Assembly (NCBI GenBank): GCA_050015835.1
Contig: JBEKAQ010000005.1
Coordinates: 12,013 to 76,012 of the forward strand
Reading direction: 5' to 3'
DNA: 64,000 nt
Source of the DNA: Bryobacteraceae bacterium
GTDB taxonomy: Bacteria; Acidobacteriota; Terriglobia; Bryobacterales; Bryobacteraceae
In this document: positions 27,351-37,109 of the stretch, piece after piece
Layout: each line of letters opens with the position of its first letter
Position numbering within the stretch: the first letter of the stretch is position 1
Position numbers and translations under genes: made by a program
The notes under the pieces: generated by a model
The model's database searches: none
What the model saw: only the letters and a program-made list of their open reading frames with translations
What the model was told of the DNA's origin: nothing

Positions 27351-29145
27351 GGCTCATCACGGATCTCCCCTCCATCCAGGAGGGAGGCTGAATGCCAAAC
27401 AAAGCCAGCACCGTGGGCGCCATGTCTTCGATGCCCGGATCTTCTGCGGCAATTCGGCGATTGGAAAACAGCACCCCCGGAACCAACTCCGGATCCACGC
27501 AATGGTCGCCACACCAGGCCTTCTTGTTGTCCTCGAAAACCAGCGCAGTCACCTTCCCGACAGCCGCGTCCCACGAAGCCCGGTAACCGGCCGCATAGCC
27601 GACGATCAGATCGGGCGCGGCTCCCAGATAGGGGCCTTTGTAAATATCGGACGCCGCGTAAACATGGGCGATGGCGACTTCACCGTCGTCCATCAGATGC
27701 GTCAGCTTCGCGGCAATCTCGCGGCCGAGCGCCTCCGCATCTTCGGGCGCGACAATCCCCTGCGCCTCGCGGCCCCGCACATTCAGATACAAGCCGCCCA
27801 GCCCGAAAGTATACGCGCGCGTGCGCCCCCAATCGATCCCCGCCAGATATTCGCCCGATTCCTCGCCCTCGTTTTCAAGCGCCAGATAACCTTCCTGGCG
27901 CAGCCACGAATTGAGATTCACGCCGCGCCGGAACGCGCAGAACCCGTGGTCCGACAGGACGAACAGCGCCGTCCCGCCATCTACATATTCGAGCGCGCGC
28001 CCCAGCACCCGGTCCATATCGCGATAGAGATTTTCGATGACATCGGCCTGGCCGAAACACATATGCTGCACGCGGTCCGTAGTATCGAAAACGCAGGCCA
28101 CCACGCCGCGCCGCGTATGCTCAAGAGCGCTGAAGAACATCGCCTCGCGCTCCTGCTGGATGAGAGCCGCCTGATTGAGAAAATCTTTCTGATCGATGGC
28201 ATGCTCGTTCAGCGCCCAGGTGTCCTCCGCCATGCCCAGCGTCGAGAACGAGCCCAGCAGCTTCGCCAGATACATCGCGTAGTAGCGCGGATGGCTGATG
28301 GGCAGCGCGGGATTCTCCGGATCGATCTGCACCGGCGTGGCATAGAGCGAAAAATCCGCGTTAGTGCCGGTGAGCAGAAACCGCACGATCCCGTGCGCCG
28401 ACGGAAACTTCAACCGGATCCATGGCGTGTATTCGCCCGGCCGCAGCGCAAACGTCTGGCCCTGAATCCCGAGCGTCGCGCCCTCCACGCGGAACGGAAT
28501 CGTTTCAGAATTGGGCCCGATCAGTTCGCCTGAGCGCTCGCTGAATCGTGAAAACGTGCCCTGCGTGCCGCGCAGGTCCGGCGTACACATGGCGGAGAGC
28601 AGCCTGCCGTTGAACTCGTCCGGCGGAAACGTGATCGGCACGCGCAGGATCGTACTTGATACCGCATGGCGTCCCAGAATCTTCCAGAACGGCTCGCTCT
28701 TGCGGCGCATCTCGACCGAGTTACGCAGCACCTTTGCGGACGAGAGCTCCGGCGCATACGTTCGCAGGGAGCGGTTGAGGAAATCGAAGATATTGTGTTT
28801 GGCCGGATTCACCCCGGTGGCGAATGTCGACCACGCGACGGGCGAGAGGGCCGGGAAGGTGGTGCGCAGCCGCGCGTATCCGCCCATCTCTTTCAGGCGC
28901 GAGAAATTCGGCAATTTTCCCTCGGCCATCAGGCGCTCGGTCACGCCCGGATCGAGTCCGTCGAATCCCAGCAGAATGGCCTTTTTCGCCGAGCCGCGCC
29001 GCCTCCGCCGCACCACGGACCACGCCATGCGAAACGGCCAGATCAGCAGCGACGCCACGCCCGCGATCACCGACAGCACCAGGGTCAGGAACGATCCGAG
29101 AAACGCGAACCCCGCGCCGGGACCAACGTAGGCCGGGAACATCAC
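27343..29145 (-). CDS. alkaline-phosphatase-superfamily protein (NPP type), membrane-anchored paralog
   Basis: N-terminal TM helix, then LLGFDGLDPG, SPVAWSTFATG and LSDHGF. Collinear with the downstream paralog. Confidence 0.75.
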   Translation of the reverse strand: MMFPAYVGPGAGFAFLGSFLTLVLSVIAGVASLLIWPFRMAWSVVRRRRRGSAKKAILLGFDGLDPGVTERLMAEGKLPNFSRLKEMGGYARLRTTFPALSPVAWSTFATGVNPAKHNIFDFLNRSLRTYAPELSSAKVLRNSVEMRRKSEPFWKILGRHAVSSTILRVPITFPPDEFNGRLLSAMCTPDLRGTQGTFSRFSERSGELIGPNSETIPFRVEGATLGIQGQTFALRPGEYTPWIRLKFPSAHGIVRFLLTGTNADFSLYATPVQIDPENPALPISHPRYYAMYLAKLLGSFSTLGMAEDTWALNEHAIDQKDFLNQAALIQQEREAMFFSALEHTRRGVVACVFDTTDRVQHMCFGQADVIENLYRDMDRVLGRALEYVDGGTALFVLSDHGFCAFRRGVNLNSWLRQEGYLALENEGEESGEYLAGIDWGRTRAYTFGLGGLYLNVRGREAQGIVAPEDAEALGREIAAKLTHLMDDGEVAIAHVYAASDIYKGPYLGAAPDLIVGYAAGYRASWDAAVGKVTALVFEDNKKAWCGDHCVDPELVPGVLFSNRRIAAEDPGIEDMAPTVLALFGIQPPSWMEGRSVMSLV

Positions 29146-29181
29146 GCGCGGCTGACTCTCATAGCATCAGAATATAAGAGT

Positions 29182-30042
29182 ATGCCCCGAGCGCTGCTTC
29201 ACGCCCCGGAGGAGCTCACGCGCGACCGCCTGAAGCGCCTCGGCGAGGGCATCGGCAAAGTCGTCTACGCCTCCGAGCACTGGGTGGTGAAACGCGAGCG
29301 GTCGCCCTCGGAAGTGGTCGCTCTCATCATCCTCTGGAAAATTCTGTGCCGGTGGGCGCACATGCTTCCTTTCGGATGGGGCAACCGCCTGCTGAAGAAG
29401 CCCTCGAAAGTGCTCCGCTTCATGCGCGTCGTCACCGAAGCCTGCATGATGGTGGCGCCGAAGAGCCTGTGGTACACCACGCACATCGCGCAGGTTCTGC
29501 GCGTCCACCGTGCGCGCGACCGGCGCGGCGAAAAGCTGGCGCGCAAGCGTCTTTTCGGAACCGGTCTGGTACCCCAGACGGTCACGTTTCCGCCGGCGAC
29601 CGTCCTGACTGCGGGCTGGCCCGGCTGGCTCAATGTTCGCGAAGCCACCGAACGCGTGGAAGATACTCTCGACCACCGGCTCACCCAAGTTGCGGCAGCC
29701 GGAAACTTCGCCGAACTGGAGCTCTGGCTCTATCGATTCCTTGCCACGCGCCAGAGCGGATGGCAACGCGGCGTGTTTTCCGTGGATGCGCATCTCAAGA
29801 ATTTCGGCATCATCGGCGAACGCGTGGTTTTGCTCGATACGGGCGGCGTGACCAATCGCTGGCAGGACATCGCCGCGCGCCTTTCGAAGGACGAACAGGT
29901 TCCGGAACCGCACGTCCAGCTGGGTCTCGAGAGCCTGTTAGCCGGGCAGCCCGAAGTGGCGCGGCGCTTCAACGAGCGCTGGAGGCGGATGGTTAACCTC
30001 GATTCGGTGCGCGAACACTGGCCGGACGATCCCCTGGGGTGA
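29182..30042 (+). CDS. hypothetical protein with protein-kinase-like motifs
   Basis: LGEGIGKVVYASEHWVVKRE looks like a Gly-loop plus a VxK lysine. VDAHLKNFGIIGERVVLLDTGG looks like an HxDxxxxN-type catalytic loop plus a DxG. Only the part from ATG 29182 is plausible coding sequence. Confidence 0.5.
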   Translation: MPRALLHAPEELTRDRLKRLGEGIGKVVYASEHWVVKRERSPSEVVALIILWKILCRWAHMLPFGWGNRLLKKPSKVLRFMRVVTEACMMVAPKSLWYTTHIAQVLRVHRARDRRGEKLARKRLFGTGLVPQTVTFPPATVLTAGWPGWLNVREATERVEDTLDHRLTQVAAAGNFAELELWLYRFLATRQSGWQRGVFSVDAHLKNFGIIGERVVLLDTGGVTNRWQDIAARLSKDEQVPEPHVQLGLESLLAGQPEVARRFNERWRRMVNLDSVREHWPDDPLG

Positions 30043-30068
30043 CCTCAGCGGTGATATCGTTAGTCCCG

Positions 30069-31301
30069 ATGAACCGACGCTTATTCATGAAATCGCTGGC
30101 GGGCGCGGCGAGCCTCGCGCATTTGCCATTAGTGCAAGCGGCGCTGCCGAAGATGAAGATCACCCGCGTGCGGGCTTATGCGCCGCCAAACGCGAATCCC
30201 CTGTTCAACCAGGCCGATACCGTGATCACCATCGAGACCGACACAGGCGTCACGGGCATCGGCGAAGGCGGCTTCCCCGATGCCCTGAAACAATGCGCGG
30301 GACGGCTGATCGGACAGGATCCGCAGCACATTGAGCGGCTCTGGCAGGATATGTCGCGCTCGTTCTTCTATCCGCCCGGGCGCGAAAAGGAAGACGCGCT
30401 GGGAGCCATGGATCTGGCCCTCTGGGATATCCGCGGCAAGGCGCTGAACTTGCCCGTGCACGAAGTTCTCGGAGGCGCCACCCGTAACTACTGCGAGTGC
30501 TATAACACCGGCGGCGTGGTTCCTGGCATCAAGCCCGGCATGGGCCTGAAGGAGCGCGCCGCGGCCACCATCGAAGCGGGTTACCGGGCGTTCCGCATGG
30601 GAGCCGCCGACACCCCCGCCAACACCACATACAACACGCGCGAGAAGCTCAATCAGCTTTACGAAGAGTGCGTCCAGGTGCGCGACGGCGTCGGTAAGAA
30701 CGGCGACTTCTGCATCGACTTCCACCAGCGTTTCGACCTCTCCGACGCCGTGCGCGGCTGCGATCTGATTGAGAGTCTGGCGCCGTTCTTCGTGGAAGAT
30801 CCAGTCCGTGCCGAAGCCTTCGTCGAGGACTTGCCGAAGCTGCGCAAGCTGGTGAAAGTGCCCATCGCGGCGGGCGAAGAGTGGGGCAATCGATGGGACT
30901 TCAACGGCCTCGTCGAGAACCACGATATCGATTATGTCCGGGCCACCCTGCCCAACGTGGGAGGCATCACCGAAATGATGAAGATCGCGGCCATCTGCGA
31001 GACGCACTTCGTCGGCATCGTGCCCCACTTCACCGGACCCATCGCCACTGCCGCGCTGGTCAATTCCCTCGGAACCTTCTCCGGTCCGCTTTTAATGGAG
31101 TATGGCTGGGCGGGCCGCGAAACGCCCCACGTGCCGGTTTGCCTCGATTTCCGGAACGGTAAATTGTATCCCAACGAGCGGCCCGGCCTCGGAGTCGAGC
31201 TCGATATGAGTAAGCTCACTCAGATTATGGAAGTTACTCAGTACGATACTAATCGCGCCCAGACTTACTTCCGGCCGGATGGGTCGATCACCAACTGGTA
31301 G
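30069..31301 (+). CDS. enolase-superfamily (mandelate racemase/muconate lactonizing, acid-sugar dehydratase-like) protein with a Tat-type signal
   Basis: Twin-arginine motif NRRLFMK. MR/MLE N- and C-domain blocks are present (ITIETDTGVTGIGEGG, FCIDFHQRF, PIAAGEEW). Confidence 0.8.
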   Translation: MNRRLFMKSLAGAASLAHLPLVQAALPKMKITRVRAYAPPNANPLFNQADTVITIETDTGVTGIGEGGFPDALKQCAGRLIGQDPQHIERLWQDMSRSFFYPPGREKEDALGAMDLALWDIRGKALNLPVHEVLGGATRNYCECYNTGGVVPGIKPGMGLKERAAATIEAGYRAFRMGAADTPANTTYNTREKLNQLYEECVQVRDGVGKNGDFCIDFHQRFDLSDAVRGCDLIESLAPFFVEDPVRAEAFVEDLPKLRKLVKVPIAAGEEWGNRWDFNGLVENHDIDYVRATLPNVGGITEMMKIAAICETHFVGIVPHFTGPIATAALVNSLGTFSGPLLMEYGWAGRETPHVPVCLDFRNGKLYPNERPGLGVELDMSKLTQIMEVTQYDTNRAQTYFRPDGSITNW

Positions 31302-31310
31302 CCAACTAAG

Positions 31311-33893
31311 TCAGGGCGTGGTGGCGGTGGTGAAGGTACCGTCCGCATTTGCGACCGGGATCGCGGCCGGATAACTGCTGCGCCCATCGAGATAGACGAT
31401 CAAAGGCTGCGCCGCACCCACCGCCTCATTGGCATTCAAAAGGAAACTCACCTGATAGTATCCCGGCGCGGCCTGCGTAATCGGATTCGGCAGCGGGTTA
31501 TGCAGGGTACCGCCCACGCCGACCTGAACGCGGCTCGGCGCGATGGTCGATTCCGCGGGCGCGAAATTGCTGAGAGTCACAATCAGCAGGTCTCCCGGCG
31601 TGGCTGGATTCGCCCCATCGATATAGGCGCCCGACGAATCCTGCACGGCCGCGATCGCCGCCGGCTGCGTATCGATATTCACCACCACCGGATACGCATT
31701 AGCCACTCCGTTATTCAGGTTCATCGTAGCCGGTCCGGCGGCAAGATTCTGCGGAATCTGCAGATTGATCTGAGTGGCCGAACTATAGAGCACCGTGACC
31801 GTCTGGCCATTGAATGTCAGCACCGGGCTTACCCCAGGAGGCAAATTCGGCGCCACCAGATTCGACCCATACAGGGCAACCACCGCGCCGGCGTACGCAC
31901 CATTCAGACCCGGCAGCGCATTGGTGAGAATCGGGATTGCCGCGGGCAGACCCGTAACCGGCGCCGTGATGTGAAATCCCGCGGTCGCGGTAGCCAGCTG
32001 GAATCCCGCGATCACACTGACGTCCGGGTTCGAAAGAGCGGCATTGGGGGAAATCGATACATCCGCCTGCAGATGATTGGGCGATAGCACAAACACCTGG
32101 CGAACGACGATGTCCGTAGTGCCGAATCCCACCGTGGTCATCCCCGGCGTAAAGTTGAAACCGGTTCCCGTAATATCGACCACCGCCTCGGCTCCCGCCG
32201 GCAGCGAGGCCGGGCTGATCGAAGCGATGGTAGCGGCCGCCGCATTCCCATAAGCCCAGGTGATCGGATCGGCCGATTGCACCAGCTGGGAACTCTGCCC
32301 ATCGGTGTTGTAGACGGTCACCACCGAAGTCTGCCCGGCAGCCCCCGGCGGAGGAGTCACCACGGCCGTGCCGGATTTCACGTCGATCAACGAGATGGCC
32401 GCCGGCAGACTGTCGAAATAAATCAGGCTGCCGGCGGTCCAGTTGGCGCCGGTCACCGTCACCGTTCCATCTCCATTACCGGACACGCCGGTCACCGTGG
32501 GAGGCTCCTGCACGGTAATGCTGAAGCCCGAGGGCAGAACGTACATGTAATCCGGCGTAGTGAAGACAACGTGCTGCGGCCCCGGATTCGCCCCCAGCGC
32601 AAAGCCCATGTAGAGACCGATGTAGGTGTACCCATTGGCCTCCAGAGGGAGAATGCCGTTGTTGAGAATGAATGCCGATCCGCCCATGATCTGGACTCCC
32701 AGCCCCGGCGCCTGCCCGTTCGAGCCCAGCCCCGTGCCCACCGCGCTCACGGCCGCCGTTCCCGCCAGCATATCCACGAAAGCCGGATACGATTCAATGG
32801 TGTCGTTGTCGAAGAAGCCGTAGATCTGAACGTCGTAGAGCTCCACCGACGAACGGCTCGCCAGAGCGATGTTAACCCCACTCGAAATCTGTCCCGCCTG
32901 CACTGAAATGGCCGTCGCCTGCTGCGGATCGGTCGTGCCCGGATAAAACAACGCATTCGTCGGACCGGAGGGCGCTACGACGCTGCCGCCGGCGCAATTC
33001 GGCGTGCAGTTCCATGGCCCGTAAACGTTCGCGTCCGGCGGCAGCGGGTGTGCGTAAACCAGATATTCTCCCGGCGGAACGCCATCCATCTCCCAGGTGC
33101 CGTCCGGATTGGTGAAAGCGCTCAATGCGGTTGCGCCCGCGTGGATCGCCACTACGGACGCCAGATGAACTCCCGCGCCGCCGCTCGTAATCTGACCTTT
33201 AATAGAGCCGAACTGCGAGAAAGCCGCCGCCGGATAGAGACTGGAGATTCCGGCAACATCGTCCGCCGCGATGGGTTGGCTCAGCGTGGTAGCCTGCGTG
33301 ACGGCCTGGGACATGGCCGAGGATGTGAACGTGTGTTGCAATCCGAGCGCGTGGCCCATCTCATGAACCACCGTCAGCAGGAAGGTTTCCCCATAGCTTG
33401 GCCCCGCGCTGTTCGGCGGCAAAACGGTCAGATTGACGTTCAGATACACGGTGGATCGCGTCACCGGTATGAAGGGCGTGCCATTCGCCGGAGTAACCGG
33501 GTTGAGCGTCGAGGTGGGGCCGCCATATCCGTAGATGCCCGGCGGAAGATCCTCGAACACCACATCCCCTCCCGGCGTATTCTGCGGGGTTGCCGCATTC
33601 TCGAGCCCGCCGAAAGCCACGCGAACCGCCGATGTGCTGACCCCATTCCACACCGCCGCCGCTTGCCGGATCTGGCCCACCACCGAGTTGAACGTATCGG
33701 TGGACGTATAAGCGGTGGGCCCGTTCTCGGAAACAAAAAAGGTCACCGTCTGGTTCGGCAGTTGGGTCAGATCGAACTTTTCCGGAACATTCACCCCGTT
33801 CAGATAGTGGATGAAGTGGTAGTAGGCCGGCGCCGGAATCGAGGCTGCGGCGAGGGCCAGCCCGAGGGACAGAACGACGCGCGGCCATCTCAT
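31311..33893 (-). CDS. secreted metzincin-type zinc metalloprotease with Ig-like repeats and a Solibacter-type C-terminal domain
   Basis: Signal peptide MRWPRVVLSLGLALAAA and zinc motif VVHEMGHALGLQH. Repeated beta-rich modules follow. The last ~200 aa resemble the TIGR03437-type domain and also the C-terminus of the 48500-50614 protein. Confidence 0.8.
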   Translation of the reverse strand: MRWPRVVLSLGLALAAASIPAPAYYHFIHYLNGVNVPEKFDLTQLPNQTVTFFVSENGPTAYTSTDTFNSVVGQIRQAAAVWNGVSTSAVRVAFGGLENAATPQNTPGGDVVFEDLPPGIYGYGGPTSTLNPVTPANGTPFIPVTRSTVYLNVNLTVLPPNSAGPSYGETFLLTVVHEMGHALGLQHTFTSSAMSQAVTQATTLSQPIAADDVAGISSLYPAAAFSQFGSIKGQITSGGAGVHLASVVAIHAGATALSAFTNPDGTWEMDGVPPGEYLVYAHPLPPDANVYGPWNCTPNCAGGSVVAPSGPTNALFYPGTTDPQQATAISVQAGQISSGVNIALASRSSVELYDVQIYGFFDNDTIESYPAFVDMLAGTAAVSAVGTGLGSNGQAPGLGVQIMGGSAFILNNGILPLEANGYTYIGLYMGFALGANPGPQHVVFTTPDYMYVLPSGFSITVQEPPTVTGVSGNGDGTVTVTGANWTAGSLIYFDSLPAAISLIDVKSGTAVVTPPPGAAGQTSVVTVYNTDGQSSQLVQSADPITWAYGNAAAATIASISPASLPAGAEAVVDITGTGFNFTPGMTTVGFGTTDIVVRQVFVLSPNHLQADVSISPNAALSNPDVSVIAGFQLATATAGFHITAPVTGLPAAIPILTNALPGLNGAYAGAVVALYGSNLVAPNLPPGVSPVLTFNGQTVTVLYSSATQINLQIPQNLAAGPATMNLNNGVANAYPVVVNIDTQPAAIAAVQDSSGAYIDGANPATPGDLLIVTLSNFAPAESTIAPSRVQVGVGGTLHNPLPNPITQAAPGYYQVSFLLNANEAVGAAQPLIVYLDGRSSYPAAIPVANADGTFTTATTP

Positions 33894-34432
33894 TGGATGG
33901 CTCCAAGGGCAGAGCGCGCCGTCTGCGTAACCTTCGTCCGCAGGTCCGTCAGATTCATGCTGACCGCCTGATCGGCCACCCGGCGGCCGTTGCCGTCGAG
34001 CATCACCTCGCCCACCAGGGGACGCGCGGCCAGCGTGGATCCATCGGCCTGAGGATTCAGGTAGAACAGCCCTTGCGACATCCCCACCAGATGGGTAATG
34101 CCGGTCTGCGAAGAGGTCCAGAGGAAAAGCACGTATTCGCTGCCCACCGTGAGCGTCGGTACGCCGGGAATCGACTGCCTGTATCCGTTCGCGATCCCGC
34201 CCGGCAGCATCACTTCGGCGGCGGCCGTGCCCTTCCACGTCTCCGTGACCTGAAGTTTATAGTGCGTGTAAATCGCCGATCCCGTGAAACTTGCCGAGGA
34301 ACCGACCACCCGCGCGCGGACGATTGCGGTGGCGCTCTGCGTCATCTGGTCCATGGAAAGCTGTTGCAGCGTGAGAGCCGAAGCCGCGCACGCAGCGAGC
34401 GATCCGACGACGATAAGGATAGACCGCGACAT
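33890..34432 (-). CDS. secreted hypothetical protein, translationally coupled to the metalloprotease
   Basis: Signal peptide. Its TGA stop overlaps the protease ATG (ATGA). No family recognised. Confidence 0.6.
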   Translation of the reverse strand: MSRSILIVVGSLAACAASALTLQQLSMDQMTQSATAIVRARVVGSSASFTGSAIYTHYKLQVTETWKGTAAAEVMLPGGIANGYRQSIPGVPTLTVGSEYVLFLWTSSQTGITHLVGMSQGLFYLNPQADGSTLAARPLVGEVMLDGNGRRVADQAVSMNLTDLRTKVTQTARSALGAIQ

Positions 34433-34566
34433 ATAGGCGCCACTGTGGAAAAGCAGGTCGATACCCGTTTTCCCGGTATGAATCCAAAAGACTTAGGACG
34501 CGGGATGGAAGGGGCCCGTTCCACTCCGACACGTCGTTGAGACACCTTGTCCCAGTCTGCGACGCC

Positions 34567-36453
34567 TCACCGATCACGAACTACAAGAATAGGAATATTC
34601 AGCCGGTGGCGCACCGGATTGATCGTATTGCCGAAGATCAGGTCCTTGATTCCGCCGTGCCCGTGCGCCCCCATCACCAGCAAATCCGCCTGAATTTCGC
34701 GCGCATAGCGGACGATCTCCTTCTGCGGGTTGGCCGCGTGCCGGATCGCGGTATCGACGTCGATATCCATCTCGCTCAGCGACTCGACCACGCTGTCGAG
34801 ATAGCGCCGTCCGGCCTCGACCTCGGCCGTCGACGACTCCGCTCCGTAGATCTGACTGGTAACCCCCTCTTCCACGTGCAAAAGATATAAACGCGCCTGA
34901 TTCCGCGCCGCCAGCCCCACTGCATGGCTCAGCGCCAGCCGATCCAGATTCGAGTGGTCGAGCGGTACCAGAATCCGACGGTACTGGGGCACGGCAACCA
35001 GTTCCGCCGAAGCCGCTTCGAGACCCAGCGTAGCCGGAGCCGCGGCTGGACGCCGGTAAGGGTGAAGGGTAATCCACGCCAGCAGTCCGAAGAGCCCGCC
35101 GCACACGGCAATCGAGAACGTCCAGACCATCGGACCCCACCTCCCCGACCCATTGGCCCATTCCGAGATCGATTGCACGGCCAGCCAGACGTTCAGCCCC
35201 ACCACGATGAGCGCCGTCGCCCAGCCGCCCAGCCGCAGCCACCATCCGCTGGCGAACACGCCCATGCGCTGCTTGTCGTTGGTGAAATGCAGCAGCGGGA
35301 CGATGGCGAACGGCAGTTGCAGATTCAGCACCACCTGGCTGAGGATCAGCAGCTTGAGAGTGCCTCCATTGCCGTTGAGCCAGATCACCGTAAAAGCCGG
35401 CACAATCGCCAGCAGGCGTGTTACCAGCCTGCGCAGCCAGGGCTGTATGCGGATGTTGAGGAAACCCTCCATGACGATCTGCCCGGCCATGGTTCCCGTC
35501 AGCGTGGAGGATTGCCCGGAGCAGAACAGCGCGATCCCGAACAGCTTGCTCGCCACCACCGTAGTCAGCAGCGGGGCCAGCAGCAGATAAGCTTGCGAGA
35601 TTTCGGTGACATCCTGGTGGTGCACGAAAAAAACGGCGCCCGCCAGAATCAGGATGGCCGCGTTAATAAACATGGCGCCATTCAGCGCCACTACGCTGTC
35701 GATCAGGTTGTACTTGCAAGCGATGCGTTTCTCTCCGACGCTGTGGCCGATGCGCCGCGTCTGCACCAGCGCCGAATGCAGGTACAGGTTATGCGGCATC
35801 ACGGTCGCGCCCAGCATGGCGACGGCGACATAAAGGCTGCGATTATCGATCCAGGGGACGAGGCCCGCCGTCACCGCCAGAAAATCGGGCTTCGCCATGA
35901 AGATTTCGGCCGAAAAGCAGATGGCAATCACCACGATCAGCCCCAGGATCACCGCTTCGAGGTAGCGTATTCCGAACTTCTGCAGCCAAAGCACCAGCAG
36001 CGTATCGAGCGCCGTGAGCGCCACCGCCAGCAGCAGCGGAATGTGGAACAGAAGATTCAGCGCAATGGCGGCGCCCAGCACCTCCGCCAGATCGCAGGCC
36101 ACGATGGCGATTTCGCAGAGCAGCCACAGCGCCATGTTGACGGGCCGCGGATACTCCGCCCGGCAGGCCTGCGCCAGATCGCGCCCGGTGACGATGCCCA
36201 GCCGCGCGCCCAGCGTCTGCAGCAGCACCGCCATGGCGTTCGACATCACCAGCACCCACAGCAGCCGGTAGCCGAATTCCGCGCCGCCCTGCAGATCGGT
36301 GGCCCAGTTGCCGGGGTCCATGTAGCCGACGCTGACCAGATAGGCCGGCCCGGCGAACGCGATCATGCGCTTCCAGAACGTCACATGGTCGATCGAGACG
36401 GTGTTGTGAACGTCCGAAAGCGATCGTGACTGAACTGGCGCGCCGGGGATCAT
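34567..36453 (-). CDS. mntH: Nramp-family divalent metal transporter fused to a C-terminal universal stress protein (UspA) domain
   Basis: Nramp signature GPAYLVSVGYMDPGNWATDLQGG followed by about 11 TM helices. The tail is a Usp domain (ILVPLDHS..., LLVMGAHGHGGIKDLIFGNT). Confidence 0.85.
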   Translation of the reverse strand: MIPGAPVQSRSLSDVHNTVSIDHVTFWKRMIAFAGPAYLVSVGYMDPGNWATDLQGGAEFGYRLLWVLVMSNAMAVLLQTLGARLGIVTGRDLAQACRAEYPRPVNMALWLLCEIAIVACDLAEVLGAAIALNLLFHIPLLLAVALTALDTLLVLWLQKFGIRYLEAVILGLIVVIAICFSAEIFMAKPDFLAVTAGLVPWIDNRSLYVAVAMLGATVMPHNLYLHSALVQTRRIGHSVGEKRIACKYNLIDSVVALNGAMFINAAILILAGAVFFVHHQDVTEISQAYLLLAPLLTTVVASKLFGIALFCSGQSSTLTGTMAGQIVMEGFLNIRIQPWLRRLVTRLLAIVPAFTVIWLNGNGGTLKLLILSQVVLNLQLPFAIVPLLHFTNDKQRMGVFASGWWLRLGGWATALIVVGLNVWLAVQSISEWANGSGRWGPMVWTFSIAVCGGLFGLLAWITLHPYRRPAAAPATLGLEAASAELVAVPQYRRILVPLDHSNLDRLALSHAVGLAARNQARLYLLHVEEGVTSQIYGAESSTAEVEAGRRYLDSVVESLSEMDIDVDTAIRHAANPQKEIVRYAREIQADLLVMGAHGHGGIKDLIFGNTINPVRHRLNIPILVVRDR

Positions 36454-36717
36454 GGGTGAGGGTCCCTCTTCCGACTGTACCGCAGGCCTCTGCGGCTGGG
36501 AACGTGCGCCATCATGAGCGTGTATCAGCCCACGTCATTCCGCGTCCTCTGGCTCTGCTTCGCCCTCATCCTCCCCGTCGACGCGCAACCGATTCCACTC
36601 CGTTGAAAGTCAACCTCGCCCAGGTTCCTGTATGGGAGTGAGTGCGACGGCGTAGCCGAGCTTACGGAGGGCCTTAGTCATTTTCTGCACACGGCGTTTC
36701 TGCGCGCCGCGTGTCCC

Positions 36718-37086
36718 TCAGTGGCCTTCGCTCACGTAATTGCGATTCCAATCCGGAATCAGCACCGTCACGTCGCCCCTCACCACCGCCTGGCATCCCA
36801 GACGCGAGGCGAGCTGATAATCGGCGGCCTGCTCCACGCGATCCATCTCGTCGTCCTCCATCTCGGAGAGATTGGCGGCGCCCTCTTTGACAACGACGTG
36901 ACAAGTGGTGCAGGCGCAGCTGCCGCCGCAGGCATGTTCCAGATGAAAGTTGAAATTCATCGCCACATCGAGCAGCGATCCGGGTCTCCCGTGTTCCTTG
37001 TACGGCAGTTTTCCCTGCTCGAACTCGAACGTTTCATTGGCGGGCAGGAAGGTTACTTTCGGCACAATCCCGATTGTAGCGAGCAC
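36718..37086 (-). CDS. 2Fe-2S ferredoxin (adrenodoxin/Fdx type)
   Basis: Cys ligand pattern CGGSCACTTCH...C and acidic surface residues. Length 122 aa. Confidence 0.85.
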   Translation of the reverse strand: MLATIGIVPKVTFLPANETFEFEQGKLPYKEHGRPGSLLDVAMNFNFHLEHACGGSCACTTCHVVVKEGAANLSEMEDDEMDRVEQAADYQLASRLGCQAVVRGDVTVLIPDWNRNYVSEGH

Positions 37087-37109
37087 CCGTCTAAAACCGT
37101 GGAGGCGAT

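Noticed and set aside
25572-29145. The two alkaline-phosphatase-superfamily genes considered as PglZ-type components of a BREX-like defence system.
   Set aside because: The motifs match the nucleotide pyrophosphatase/phosphodiesterase type. There are export signals, and no methyltransferase, ATPase or other BREX partners are adjacent.
28666-29181. The N-terminal 172-codon extension of the kinase-like ORF.
   Set aside because: It is antisense to the well-supported phosphodiesterase paralog and Arg/Gly/Pro-rich. The plausible start is ATG 29182, after the divergent gene ends.
36454-36717. A yybP-ykoY manganese riboswitch upstream of the Nramp gene.
   Set aside because: Only vague G-rich similarity (GGGGAGGAUGAGG). 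The conserved GGGGAGUAG and UUGACAUA cores are not both present by eye, so a covariance-model scan is needed before any claim.
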